Positions 33,983 through 44,446 of a stretch of DNA of 64,000 bases are shown piece by piece. Under the pieces are notes generated by a model. The model saw only the letters and a program-made list of their open reading frames with translations, was not told the origin of the DNA and searched no databases. The number at the start of each line of letters is the position of its first letter. The stretch's first letter is position 1. The position numbers and the translations under genes were made by a program. Origin of the DNA: Armatimonadia bacterium (GTDB lineage Bacteria > Armatimonadota > Zipacnadia > Zipacnadales > UBA11051); contig JBDKRC010000137.1 in assembly GCA_039683575.1 (NCBI GenBank), forward strand, positions 11,107 to 75,106, written 5' to 3'.

Positions 33983-34942
33983 TCAGTTGCAGAGTTCCAG
34001 CAGTGTCAGGATGTTCTCGTGCGGTGTCTCGTACGGGATCGCGCCGGTGCCGAGCAGCAGGTTGGGGCGGGTTGAGGCAAGGTGTATGACTTCATCTACA
34101 GCCTCGCGCATCTGCTCGCGGGTACCGGTGGTGTACAGGCGCGGGTCGAGATTGATGCGAACGCGGACTTCGGGATGTGACTGCATTGCCGCGAGGAACT
34201 GCGCGCGGTTCGTTTCGGCGGGGCAGATGAGGAAGTCAGTGCCAGTCTGCAGCAGGTCCTCGACGATCGGCGCGGTGTCGCCGCCGATGATGCACGGGAT
34301 GGGTACCCCGGCGATGGAGGAGACCTGCTGGATGAGCTGCTTGAGCACCGGAAGCTCTATCTCGCGGAACTGTGACGGCGACAGCAGAGGCGGGGCGGCG
34401 GCGGATTCGAAGAAGGCGACCTGCAGGCCTGCTTCGAGGATTGCTTCACAGTAGCGTATCTGGGCGGGAACGAGGGCCTGAAGGAAACTGGCAACCGCTG
34501 CCGGTTCGAGAGCGGCGCCCATGACAAGCGTCTCGAGCCCGAGCAGGCTCTGGGCGATGGAGAAGGGGCCACTGACAGGCAGGCGGACGTCAGCGTCGGG
34601 GAACTCGTCCTGCAGCCTACGAGCCACCTTGAGCATCATGGGGACGCGTCCGGCGGTCTGGGGATCGAAGGGGCTCAGGGCGGAGGCGTCGGCAAGGGAC
34701 ATGATTGGCCGGGTGACGGCAGGGATGCCCGTGCCGGCGGGGCGAGGGATCTCGGCCCCGTAGGCCTCGGCCTCGAGGTTGTAGATGTCTATGCCGACGA
34801 CGAGGGGGAAGTGATGGTAGGCGAGGTAGGCAGCGCGATGGGCCCGGTAGATGAGGTCACCGTCCCGGCAGACCTCCCAGGGGGTCAGGCCCAGGAAGCT
34901 GGCGGCATGCTCATAGACTGATAGGGACAGAGGAATTCGCAT
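33983..34942 (-). CDS. uroporphyrinogen decarboxylase (URO-D) family protein (MtaA/CmuA-like methyltransferase fold)
   Basis: Start taken at MRIPLSLSVYEHAASFLGL. Overall URO-D family architecture. The ORF start at 34996 is probably too long. Confidence 0.6.
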   Translation of the reverse strand: MRIPLSLSVYEHAASFLGLTPWEVCRDGDLIYRAHRAAYLAYHHFPLVVGIDIYNLEAEAYGAEIPRPAGTGIPAVTRPIMSLADASALSPFDPQTAGRVPMMLKVARRLQDEFPDADVRLPVSGPFSIAQSLLGLETLVMGAALEPAAVASFLQALVPAQIRYCEAILEAGLQVAFFESAAAPPLLSPSQFREIELPVLKQLIQQVSSIAGVPIPCIIGGDTAPIVEDLLQTGTDFLICPAETNRAQFLAAMQSHPEVRVRINLDPRLYTTGTREQMREAVDEVIHLASTRPNLLLGTGAIPYETPHENILTLLELCN

Positions 34943-35050
34943 GCTGGGCAATGGTCCGCCAATAATCTGAATCAGCCTGCAAATGCAGCAGGACACTACC
35001 TTACTCTAGGCGAAGCAGTTTAGTAACAAGTGTACCAGGAGGGAGATCAG

Positions 35051-35653
35051 ATGAGACGCGGCTTCACGTTGATAGAGTTGCTGGTTGTGATTGCCATTAT
35101 CGCCATCCTCGCAGCGATCCTGTTCCCGGTATTCGCCAAGGCGCGAGAGAAGGCGCGGCAGGCATCGTGTCTATCGAACGTTCGCCAACTGCTGACCGCA
35201 ATCCTGTCTTACTCGCAGGACTATGACGAGCGCCTGCCACTCACCCCCGATCCGGGAGCACTCTCCTACCTGTGGTGGGACATCACGCTTCAGCCGTATA
35301 TCAAGAACACGCAGATTCTCAAATGCCCAAGCGCGGTAGACCGCCCGGTGGGGTATGGCTTCAACTACCGGCATACACGCGTTGATGGCTGGGGTGGCGG
35401 AATTTCGCTGGGAGAATGCAAGGAGCCTGCGAGCCAGTATATGCTCATGGATGGCTACACACACTGTGTGTACTGCGTCTATTGCTGGCCGACGGTTGCC
35501 AGTGAAGGGCCGTACGGCAACAACTGGTATATCGGCAAGCGCCACAATGACGGGTCAAATGTGGGCTTCATAGATGGTCATGCCAAGTGGCTTAGCAACA
35601 ACACCCTGGTCAGTTGGACCTCGGCCAGCCAGGTGGCGTGGATGCATCCGTAG
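35051..35653 (+). CDS. prepilin-type N-terminal cleavage/methylation domain protein with DUF1559 (H-X9-DG) domain (type II secretion pseudopilin-like)
   Basis: [44 protein letters not shown]; C-terminal [12 protein letters not shown] (H-X9-DG). Confidence 0.8.
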   Translation: MRRGFTLIELLVVIAIIAILAAILFPVFAKAREKARQASCLSNVRQLLTAILSYSQDYDERLPLTPDPGALSYLWWDITLQPYIKNTQILKCPSAVDRPVGYGFNYRHTRVDGWGGGISLGECKEPASQYMLMDGYTHCVYCVYCWPTVASEGPYGNNWYIGKRHNDGSNVGFIDGHAKWLSNNTLVSWTSASQVAWMHP

Positions 35654-35659
35654 GGGCAA

Positions 35660-36448
35660 TCAGCCCTTGCGGCGGGCGATGAGGAGGCAGTTGTAGGCCC
35701 AGCGGGCGGCGCCGGGGAGGCGGGTGAAGAGGTGGCTGAGGGCGATGGTGAGGGCTGGGGGCAGTACGCGCCCGAGCGGCAGGCGATCAGACATCACCGC
35801 GCTGCCCTCGTAGCGCGCGTGGAGGGGCTGAAAGCCGGCGCCGGCGACGAGTTCACGTAGTCCTCGCAGAGTGAATGCGAACAGGTGCCCGGCGGCATCG
35901 GCCTCCGGGCGCGCTTGTTTCTGGGTGTCATGCGCCGAGTAGCAGGGGAGGGTCTCGCCGCTGCGGGTGGCGTTGGGAGTGGTGACTATCAGGAGGCCGT
36001 TGGGTTTGAGCACCCGGCGGGCCTCGGCGAGGGCCTGCAATGGCTCCGGCAAGTGCTCGAGGAGTTCGAGGAGCAGGACCGCGTCCATCGTCTCTGAAGC
36101 GAAGGGTAGAGCCACAGCGTCACCACAGACAGCGGCGAATGAGCCGGTGGTGTGCTTTTTGAGAGCATAGCCGAGGGCTCTCGGCTCACGGTCGAGGGCA
36201 ATCGCTTGCAGGCCGCGCTCGGCAGCGTGGAGGCCGGCATTGGCCTGGGAGGAGCCGACCTCCAACACCCGCGCGCCGGTGGGCAGATGGCGAAGTGGCT
36301 CAAGGGCGGAGTGCAGGCGGCTGCGGTACTTCAGCGCCCACATCGTCCGTGGGTCAGCCGCGTCCAGGTCGCGCAGGTCAAACTCCCTGAGCCAGGCTTC
36401 ATAGTCGCTGGCGGGGGTGAGGTCGCGGCTGCTCTTCATGTGACGCAT
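35660..36448 (-). CDS. class I SAM-dependent methyltransferase
   Basis: Motif I VLEVGSSQANAGLHAAERG, post-I ALDREP, LLIVTTPN. Start taken at MRHMKSS (36448). Confidence 0.7.
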   Translation of the reverse strand: MRHMKSSRDLTPASDYEAWLREFDLRDLDAADPRTMWALKYRSRLHSALEPLRHLPTGARVLEVGSSQANAGLHAAERGLQAIALDREPRALGYALKKHTTGSFAAVCGDAVALPFASETMDAVLLLELLEHLPEPLQALAEARRVLKPNGLLIVTTPNATRSGETLPCYSAHDTQKQARPEADAAGHLFAFTLRGLRELVAGAGFQPLHARYEGSAVMSDRLPLGRVLPPALTIALSHLFTRLPGAARWAYNCLLIARRKG

Positions 36449-36644
36449 CTTCGCCGCAGGCCGGCGCGCTCCTGCCGCTCTTGTAGTAATTGGCCAAGTG
36501 AAATATACTGTGACACCGTAGTTTTCGCAGAGAGGTTTCGCCGTGGCCCCGGCGAAGATGTCATTCTCCGGGCGCCCGCGCCGGGACCAGCCGCGGTGGT
36601 AACTCTCTTGCGGTGGATTTTTCGTACCTAGGAGACTGGCTTCC

Positions 36645-37643
36645 ATGGAGATACGCAGTTACCGTCAGGCTGTAGTCAACGGCCTGAAGTGGATTTTGAC
36701 TCAGCAGGATCCCGATGGGTCATTCAAGCCGATCGAGCATGGCATCAACACCTTCCACAAGGTCCCGTACGCTCTGGCTCTGACCGGACAGATGGAGAGG
36801 GGCTCGCGGCTGTGTGCCTGGATTCAGCAGCAGGTCATGGACGAGGAGGGGGACTTCACCCGGCGCTTTGACCGGGAGGGCCCGCTCGCTTCCTTCTACC
36901 ATTACGGCAATTCCTGGCTGGTCATGGGCGCGCATCGGCTGGGTCAGTACGGCATGTCCATGCGGGCGGCGGACTTTCTGTCCACCATGCAGCACCCGCA
37001 GACCGGGGGCTTTCTGACGCTTGGGCCGGAGTCTTCGCTCGACGGCATGCAGGACATGATGAGCAGCGCGCTGGCCGGGCTGGCCATGCTGACCACCGGC
37101 CGGCTGGCCGAGGCCGAGGCCACGGGCGGGTTCCTGGTGTCAATGTATGACCGGCAGCCGAAGCTGGGCAGCCAGCTGCTGTTTGTGCAGCAGAAGGGTG
37201 ACCGGCTGGTGAATGAGTGGCCGGAGGATCAGGCGCAGGCGTTCTCGCTGACGCTTCGCGGCCCGGATCAGTGGTATTTCGTGCCGGGCCTGGCGGCCGG
37301 CTTCCTGGCCAAGCTTTACGATGTAACCGGCAATGAAGACTACCTGCGCGCGGCCCAGGGCTACGTGCAGTTCGCCGACTCGTCGGGTGCCGACCGGTAT
37401 TCCAGCCCCAACTCCTGGTGGCTGGGCTGGGGAGCCGCGATGCTCTATGCGACCACCGGCGTAGCGGCCCACCGCGCAATAGCAGAAGCTGTGTGTGACC
37501 AGATCGTGGAGAGCCAGATGTCGAGTGGCTCGTGGGCAGCAGGCAGCATGGGCTATGAGCCCCCGGCACCGATCATCGACGCTACGGCGGAGGCGATGGT
37601 GGCGCTGGCCGAGATCCTGCAGGCCCTGGTAGTCGGCGAGTAA
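36645..37643 (+). CDS. prenyltransferase/squalene-oxidase-repeat (alpha/alpha-toroid) protein
   Basis: Repeated QxxDGSF/QHPQTGGF motifs (QQDPDGSFKP, QHPQTGGFL, SGSWAAGS). Confidence 0.45.
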   Translation: MEIRSYRQAVVNGLKWILTQQDPDGSFKPIEHGINTFHKVPYALALTGQMERGSRLCAWIQQQVMDEEGDFTRRFDREGPLASFYHYGNSWLVMGAHRLGQYGMSMRAADFLSTMQHPQTGGFLTLGPESSLDGMQDMMSSALAGLAMLTTGRLAEAEATGGFLVSMYDRQPKLGSQLLFVQQKGDRLVNEWPEDQAQAFSLTLRGPDQWYFVPGLAAGFLAKLYDVTGNEDYLRAAQGYVQFADSSGADRYSSPNSWWLGWGAAMLYATTGVAAHRAIAEAVCDQIVESQMSSGSWAAGSMGYEPPAPIIDATAEAMVALAEILQALVVGE

Positions 37644-37771
37644 ACCCATACGGCGGATACTGGCGCTTTTCACGCGCTTGATCACAATGGCGAACGGGCG
37701 GCCACCACGGCCGCCCCAATGCCGTGCCGGGCGAGAGTCCCGGTCTGCGAAGATTACGGAGGAATAGTCTC

Positions 37772-38875
37772 ATGCCACCCAAGAAGACCGCTGCCAAGAA
37801 GTCCGGCGCCAAGAGCGACCGCCTCGGCTGGGGCATCATCGGCTGCGGAGTGATCGCGCCGACTCACGCCAACGCCGTCCGCGACTCCGGAACTGCCAAC
37901 GTCGTCGCCTGCTGTGACGTAGTCCCGGGGCTGGCCAAGCAGTTTGCCGAGAAGTATGCGCCAGGCGCTCGCACCTACACGTCGATGGACGAGATGCTGA
38001 ACGACCCGGAGATCCAGGCCGTGTCCATCTGCACGCCGAGCGGCATGCACTCTCAGTGCTGCATCGCCGCCGCGCAGGCCGGCAAGCACATCCTGTGCGA
38101 AAAGCCGTTGGACATCTCCTTGCAGGCCATTGACGCTGCCATCGCCGCGTGCAAGGAGTATGACGTCAAGCTCTCCGGCGTCTTCCAGCGCCGCACGTAC
38201 GCGTCATCGAAGAAGGTCCGAGAGGCCGTAAAGAGCGGCAAGCTTGGCAAGCTCGTCATCGGCGACGCGTATCAGAAGTACTTCCGCTCACATGCGTACT
38301 ACGCGAGCGGTTCGTGGCGCGCCACATGGGAACTGGACGGCGGCGGCGCACTGATGAACCAGGGCGTGCACGGCATTGACCTGTTGCTCTACCTGATGGG
38401 CGACGTCAAGCGCCTGAGCGCATACGCCCGCCGGCTGGTGCGCAATATCGAAGTGGAAGACACCGCAGTGGCGATCGTCGAGTTTGTGAATGGCGCGGTA
38501 GGCGTCATCGAGGGCACGACCTCCGTCACCCCTGGCTATGGCTGCCGCATCGAGATCAGCGGCGACAACGGCACGATCGTCCTGAACGAGGACAAGATCA
38601 CGACCTGGGATATCCCGGGCGAGGACAGCGAGGCCGAAGGTGGCGCTGCGAGCAAGAGCACAGCGGCCGACCCGACTGCCCTGACCGCGAGCGGCCACAC
38701 CGCGCATGTTATTGACTTGTGTGGCGCGATCCGCGACAACCGTGAGCCGGAGATCCCCGGCAGCGAGGCCCGGCGGGCCGTACAGGTCATCAAGGCCATC
38801 TATAAGTCATCCCGTGAGGGTGGCGCGACGGTTGAGTTCCCGCTGTCGTACTGCGACGATGGTCCTGGGATCTAG
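37772..38875 (+). CDS. Gfo/Idh/MocA family NAD(P)-dependent oxidoreductase
   Basis: Rossmann N-terminus LGWGIIGCGVIAPTHANAV; EKPL motif HILCEKPLD. GGAGG RBS precedes ATG 37772. Confidence 0.85.
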   Translation: MPPKKTAAKKSGAKSDRLGWGIIGCGVIAPTHANAVRDSGTANVVACCDVVPGLAKQFAEKYAPGARTYTSMDEMLNDPEIQAVSICTPSGMHSQCCIAAAQAGKHILCEKPLDISLQAIDAAIAACKEYDVKLSGVFQRRTYASSKKVREAVKSGKLGKLVIGDAYQKYFRSHAYYASGSWRATWELDGGGALMNQGVHGIDLLLYLMGDVKRLSAYARRLVRNIEVEDTAVAIVEFVNGAVGVIEGTTSVTPGYGCRIEISGDNGTIVLNEDKITTWDIPGEDSEAEGGAASKSTAADPTALTASGHTAHVIDLCGAIRDNREPEIPGSEARRAVQVIKAIYKSSREGGATVEFPLSYCDDGPGI

Positions 38876-38898
38876 CTGCGTAGGCAAGTCTACAGACA

Positions 38899-38933
38899 GG
38901 GCCGGCACCAGAAGGTGCCGGCCCTGTTGCTTT
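38899..38933 (+). terminator. rho-independent terminator for the oxidoreductase gene
   Basis: gggccggcacc-agaa-ggtgccggccc followed by tgttgcttt. Confidence 0.7.
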
Positions 38934-38954
38934 CCCCGACCAGGCTGGACGGGC

Positions 38955-38990
38955 AAAAAAAAAGGCTCCGGCGGATGCCGGAGCCTTTTC
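38955..38990. terminator. bidirectional rho-independent terminator (A9-hairpin-T4) serving the minus-strand SLH gene
   Basis: aaaaaaaaa-ggctccggc-ggat-gccggagcc-ttttc. Confidence 0.75.
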
Positions 38991-39013
38991 GTTACGTCAG
39001 GTCTTCGAAGTGC

Positions 39014-40765
39014 CTAGAAGCCAACGGTGACGCTGGCCTGCAGCAGCTTCTGGTCCTCGGGGCGGGCGACGCTGATCGCGTCAGCGGCGTCCTCGATCTC
39101 GCTGCTCACGTTCTGCTGAGCATAAACGAGGTTGGCGGTGATGCCGTCAGCCAGCTGCTTGCTGGTGCCGATGGCCCACAGCTTGTCGTAGAAGACCGGG
39201 CCTTCCTTGGCGTCGACGTCAAAGTAGGCGACGGTGAAGGGCATTGAGCCCATCCGGAAGTCCAAGTGACCACCGAGTACGCGATGGTTCGTCATGGCCA
39301 GCGGGTTGCGCAGCCACTGCTCGAAAGCGGTGGCGGTGACGCCGAGGGCGTTCGCAGCCGCGACGATCTCGCGCTCGTTAGCACCGCGGAACTCGTAGTA
39401 CGGGTGCAGGATCGAGTAGACAGCGTCATAGTTTGCATCAACGCTGCTGTAGAAGCCGGTCAGGCGCCAGTCGGTGCCGCGCCAGATGTCGGCCGAGCCC
39501 ATGAAGGCGTTGGCACTATCGGGATCGTCACCGAAGATGCCATTGGTCAGCTTCGCGTACTCCATGCGGATGTCGCGACCCCAGATCTGAGCGGACAGGT
39601 CAGCGCTCCACGCCTCTTCCCTACCCACGCCGTCGGCGAGCCAGTTGACGCCGACATTCCAGGTCGGGCGGGCATAGGCGAGACGAACGCTGCCATAGCC
39701 ATCGTTGTCGCCGTAGAACGAGTTGAAGTTCTCGTCCACGTTGAAGCTAAAGTCGTCGCTCGCCATAGGGGTGAAGACCCCGTCGACGCCGCCAGCGAAC
39801 AGATCGAGATCGAAGTTGCTGCCGAAGATGTCGTTGACCTGCATGCGGACGCCCTGCTGGGACTTCCGCTCATTGTCAACGAGCAGGCCCATGCCGTAGC
39901 TCTGGAACTGGCGGCCGATGGTCCACGTCGCGGGCAGCAGGAACTTGCTGTTGACCACTACGTTGGCTTCGTCGATCCACAGGGTCTCGGCGAGGTTGCC
40001 ATCAACTGCGGGCATCGAGGTGTCGAACGTACCGGTCTGGGTGGTGTCGATACCGTCGAAGCCGCCCAGCCACTGGTCATCGGTGTCGCGCATCTTGATC
40101 GCGATCCGGCCGGAGACGGAGTCGCTGATCTTGCCCTGCACGCCAACCATCGCGGTGAGGTTGTCGAACTCGTTGTCGAAGTCGACCTTCTCACCAGCGG
40201 TGCCGATGCGGTAGTCGAGCCAACCAAAGACCTTCGGGCCCTTGGCCTGCTCTTCGAGGTACGCTACGCGCTCGCCGAGCTCAGCAACATCGTCGCCGAG
40301 CAGGTCGAGGTCGCCGCGCAGGTCCTTGAGCTCGTTCTTGAATTCGTCACAGAGCTTGTTGACCAGAGCAGCGATCTTGGCTTCGTCAACGACCCCTGCG
40401 GGTCCCTGATCGCCCTTGTCACCCTTAGCGCCAGGAGCGCCGGGGGCGCCAGGAGCGCCGGGGGCGCCGGGGGCGCCGGGAGCGCCAGCAGCGCCGATAG
40501 CGCCAGTGTCGCCCTTCTCGCCCTTGGCCTGCTGCACGACGTCGAGCAGCCGGCTGATGGCCATCGCGAACTCGTAGCGAGTCATCGCGCGGTCACCCTT
40601 GAAGGTGCCATCGGGATACCCGATGATGATGCCCCGCTCGACCAGCTGGTTGACGGCGTCATACGCCCAGTGGTCGAAGGGCACGGTCTGCGCCGGATTG
40701 GCCTGCGCGAAGCAGGGGGCCACGGCGATTACGGCCAGGATTGCAACCAGAATCAGTTTACGCAT
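39014..40765 (-). CDS. SLH-domain outer-membrane porin-like protein with a collagen-like (GAP)n repeat and coiled coil (SomA/Slp-type)
   Basis: Signal peptide; SLH domain VPFDHWAYDAVNQLVERGIIIGYPDGTFKGDRAMTRYEFAMAISRL; GAPGAPGAPGAPGAPGAPGAKGDKGDQGPAG; C-terminal beta-rich domain ending in F. Confidence 0.8.
   Translation of the reverse strand: MRKLILVAILAVIAVAPCFAQANPAQTVPFDHWAYDAVNQLVERGIIIGYPDGTFKGDRAMTRYEFAMAISRLLDVVQQAKGEKGDTGAIGAAGAPGAPGAPGAPGAPGAPGAKGDKGDQGPAGVVDEAKIAALVNKLCDEFKNELKDLRGDLDLLGDDVAELGERVAYLEEQAKGPKVFGWLDYRIGTAGEKVDFDNEFDNLTAMVGVQGKISDSVSGRIAIKMRDTDDQWLGGFDGIDTTQTGTFDTSMPAVDGNLAETLWIDEANVVVNSKFLLPATWTIGRQFQSYGMGLLVDNERKSQQGVRMQVNDIFGSNFDLDLFAGGVDGVFTPMASDDFSFNVDENFNSFYGDNDGYGSVRLAYARPTWNVGVNWLADGVGREEAWSADLSAQIWGRDIRMEYAKLTNGIFGDDPDSANAFMGSADIWRGTDWRLTGFYSSVDANYDAVYSILHPYYEFRGANEREIVAAANALGVTATAFEQWLRNPLAMTNHRVLGGHLDFRMGSMPFTVAYFDVDAKEGPVFYDKLWAIGTSKQLADGITANLVYAQQNVSSEIEDAADAISVARPEDQKLLQASVTVGF
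40428..40497. repeat. tandem 9-bp GC-rich repeat (gcgccgggg/gcgccagga) encoding the collagen-like GAPGAP tract
   Basis: agcgccaggagcgccgggggcgccaggagcgccgggggcgccgggggcgccgggagcgccagcagcgcc. Confidence 0.8.
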
Positions 40766-41124
40766 TTGCTTTCTCCTCCATATTATTCCCTTCGGAACTG
40801 GCCATGGTGAGATACCTCATCACATGGCTGTCCCGCGGGAGCCGCGCCCTGGGGAGAAGCTCGCTGAAGTATCCATGTTCCCTTCAGGCTGTTCTCGATT
40901 CGGGCCGTGCTTCCGCTCTCCAAGCGTTGGGACCTGACGATCTGGCAGGAGTCCCTCCCTTCGTTGCCGATTTGGACCGTCAGAACGCGAGAATACTGAT
41001 CTGTTTGCGACTGCGGAAGGGAAGGCTCCCTTCCGGTACGGCCTTGCGAATAGACGCAGCCTGAACTCCTCTGCGCCATGAAATAGACTAACACCGCGCT
41101 ATGGGCGAGTCAATAAGCATCGTC

Positions 41125-41697
41125 TTAATCTTCTACTCCGCCTTTGGGCGACGCAGTTGACTTACCCGTATGATACGTGGCTGACTTGCCGTCGGTTGTT
41201 CCCTTAGACAGGTCTGTGGGCCTGTCGTTGCAGACTTTGGGTGGCTGATCTAATGGTCGAAGTTTGAAGAAACACAGCAGCACCTCACCCAGGCAATGCA
41301 GGTTGCGTGCGCTGGAGACGCGCTGCTGGTTGATCCAGTTCCGGAAGCGATGGGGTTGGTCGGGGGGGGTAACAGGCGGCGCCGGCTCCACAACCACTTG
41401 CCCCACGCTCTGGCCAGGCTTGACCATGCCGGTGTACTTATAGACGGCCCACTCAGTGCCTTGTGCGGTCTTGAGATACGCGACTTCGGCCGCAAGCGCC
41501 TCATTGTTATTGATCCGGCGCTGATACTCACAGGAATCAGCGACGATGCTCCGGGAAACCTGTATCCCGTGAGCCACCGGGCGGAAGAAACGCGTGCCCA
41601 GGCTGAGCCCCAGGCCGATCACGCCAACCAAGGCCCAGGTCAAGGCGGTTCTGCCCAGCGGAGGGGTTCGACCCTCTACGGCCGCCGGTGCAACCAT
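41125..41697 (-). CDS. septum formation initiator (FtsB/DivIC-like) family protein
   Basis: TM helix LTWALVGVIGLGLSLG, then coiled coil EYQRRINNNEALAAEVAYLKTAQGTEWAVYKYTGMVKPGQ (compare E. coli FtsB ...LSMTRPGE). The C-terminal roughly 60 aa is low-complexity. Confidence 0.5.
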   Translation of the reverse strand: MVAPAAVEGRTPPLGRTALTWALVGVIGLGLSLGTRFFRPVAHGIQVSRSIVADSCEYQRRINNNEALAAEVAYLKTAQGTEWAVYKYTGMVKPGQSVGQVVVEPAPPVTPPDQPHRFRNWINQQRVSSARNLHCLGEVLLCFFKLRPLDQPPKVCNDRPTDLSKGTTDGKSATYHTGKSTASPKGGVED

Positions 41698-41837
41698 CCA
41701 CTACTCCTCTATGTCATCAACTGGGCTGCAACAGAGAAGCGCCTGCGTCGTGACGAGATTATATCCTGTTGAAGAACAGGAAGCAACCCATCAAGGGTGC
41801 TTTCTTCCAGAAACACCTGAAATTGCGGATAGACAAA

Positions 41838-41869
41838 CGCAAAAGCGGGAGGGGCCAAGCCCCTCCCGC
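41838..41869 (-). terminator. rho-independent terminator of eno
   Basis: gcgggaggggc-caa-gcccctcccgc preceded on the plus strand by aaaa, which is a U-tract after the hairpin on the minus strand. Confidence 0.7.
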
Positions 41870-41891
41870 GGGTGTGACTCAGGGGTCGAGA

Positions 41892-43250
<1,359 letters not shown>

Positions 43251-44324
43251 TTAGCGCCTGCACTCGCTGATGGCGTCGGTAAAGACCATTACCAGGTCCT
43301 CCGCGGCGCCCTGCGGGCTGAAATCTCTCTCAATCAGCGGCGGGGCCCACTGGCACGTTGGCTCCTGCTTCCAGGCGTCATAGGCTTCGAGCAGATTGCC
43401 CGTGTAGTCTTCCGCCGTTCCCTGGCCCGGCGCCGCATGGTCGCCGAAGTTGGCGTCACGGGCTGCGATGAAGTTGCTCTCGCGCAGATAGCCGATCAGA
43501 CCCATGCTACCCGCGGCGATCACGTGCCGCCCGCAGGCCAGTGCCTCCAGGGCCACGTAGCCTGTTCCGACCACGACCGCCGCATTGTGGTAGACGTCCT
43601 CGACATCGAAGCGCGGCCCAGTGACCTCGACGGCCTGCCGACCCAGCATTGAGTTGATCTCAGCCGCTCTCTGCCGGACTTTGCCAACCTGTGAACGTCC
43701 CCCGACAATCTGAAGCTTCAGACCCGGGATCTGCTCATTCAGCGCCAACACCGCTTCCATGAGCGCGTAGGCGGGGCGGGACTTCACTTTCGAGAGCCGC
43801 GCCACGTAGGCCACCGTGAAGCCTTCACCCGGTGCCGCGTCGCGCTGCTGAAAGCGCGTGACATCGACGGGCAGGTACGATACTACAGTCTTCTCGGCCA
43901 CACCGGGGACCTGTGACACCCAGCGGCCGGTCGTGACATTGAGCGCCACCACGCGCGTAGCCGCCTCCAGGCCCGGCGTCGCCTCCTGCAGGTTTATGAG
44001 GCCATGGACGTGTGACACCAGAGGTATGCCAAGGCGCTGGCACACTGTCGCCGCCGCGTTTGTGGCGCTGATCCCGTGGGCATTGACTACATCGATACCA
44101 AGCGCGCGCACCAGACCCGGCAACTGGCTGCGCACGAGTACCGAACCTGGGAGGTTGAGGAACACTTTTCCCGCGCAGGCTTGCCTCATGGCCTTGCGAT
44201 ATGGCCCCAGGCCTACCATCAGATGCACGCGGTGCCCGAGTGCTTCCAGGGCAGGCATCACGGTGCACTTGTAGGTGTTGCCGCCGCCAATCTGGGCGTT
44301 GCGGCCAAGCATGAGGACATTCAT
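43251..44324 (-). CDS. glycosyltransferase family 4 (GT-B fold)
   Basis: Start MNVLMLGRNAQIGGGNTYKCTV; C-terminal EALACGRHVIAAGSMG motif region. Confidence 0.7.
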   Translation of the reverse strand: MNVLMLGRNAQIGGGNTYKCTVMPALEALGHRVHLMVGLGPYRKAMRQACAGKVFLNLPGSVLVRSQLPGLVRALGIDVVNAHGISATNAAATVCQRLGIPLVSHVHGLINLQEATPGLEAATRVVALNVTTGRWVSQVPGVAEKTVVSYLPVDVTRFQQRDAAPGEGFTVAYVARLSKVKSRPAYALMEAVLALNEQIPGLKLQIVGGRSQVGKVRQRAAEINSMLGRQAVEVTGPRFDVEDVYHNAAVVVGTGYVALEALACGRHVIAAGSMGLIGYLRESNFIAARDANFGDHAAPGQGTAEDYTGNLLEAYDAWKQEPTCQWAPPLIERDFSPQGAAEDLVMVFTDAISECRR

Positions 44325-44446
44325 CAGCCGGTTTTCCTTCGTCAGCACATGGGCCGGGAGGGACACAGGCGTCACCACCTGGCGCCTTCCCGGCCCTGTG
44401 TGCGAGCCGAACGTTACGTCGCGTTCAGCGCTTGTGCTTATTCAGG

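Noticed and set aside
39266-40810. 514-aa plus-strand ORF
   Set aside because: Antisense to the SLH porin gene, whose SLH domain, collagen repeat and C-terminal Phe are diagnostic.
41698-41891. A/T-richer 190-nt spacer between eno and ftsB-like, as a possible sRNA or mobile remnant
   Set aside because: It contains a clean eno terminator and a plausible promoter-like segment for the ftsB-like gene. There are no repeats, integrase or other mobile-element hallmarks.
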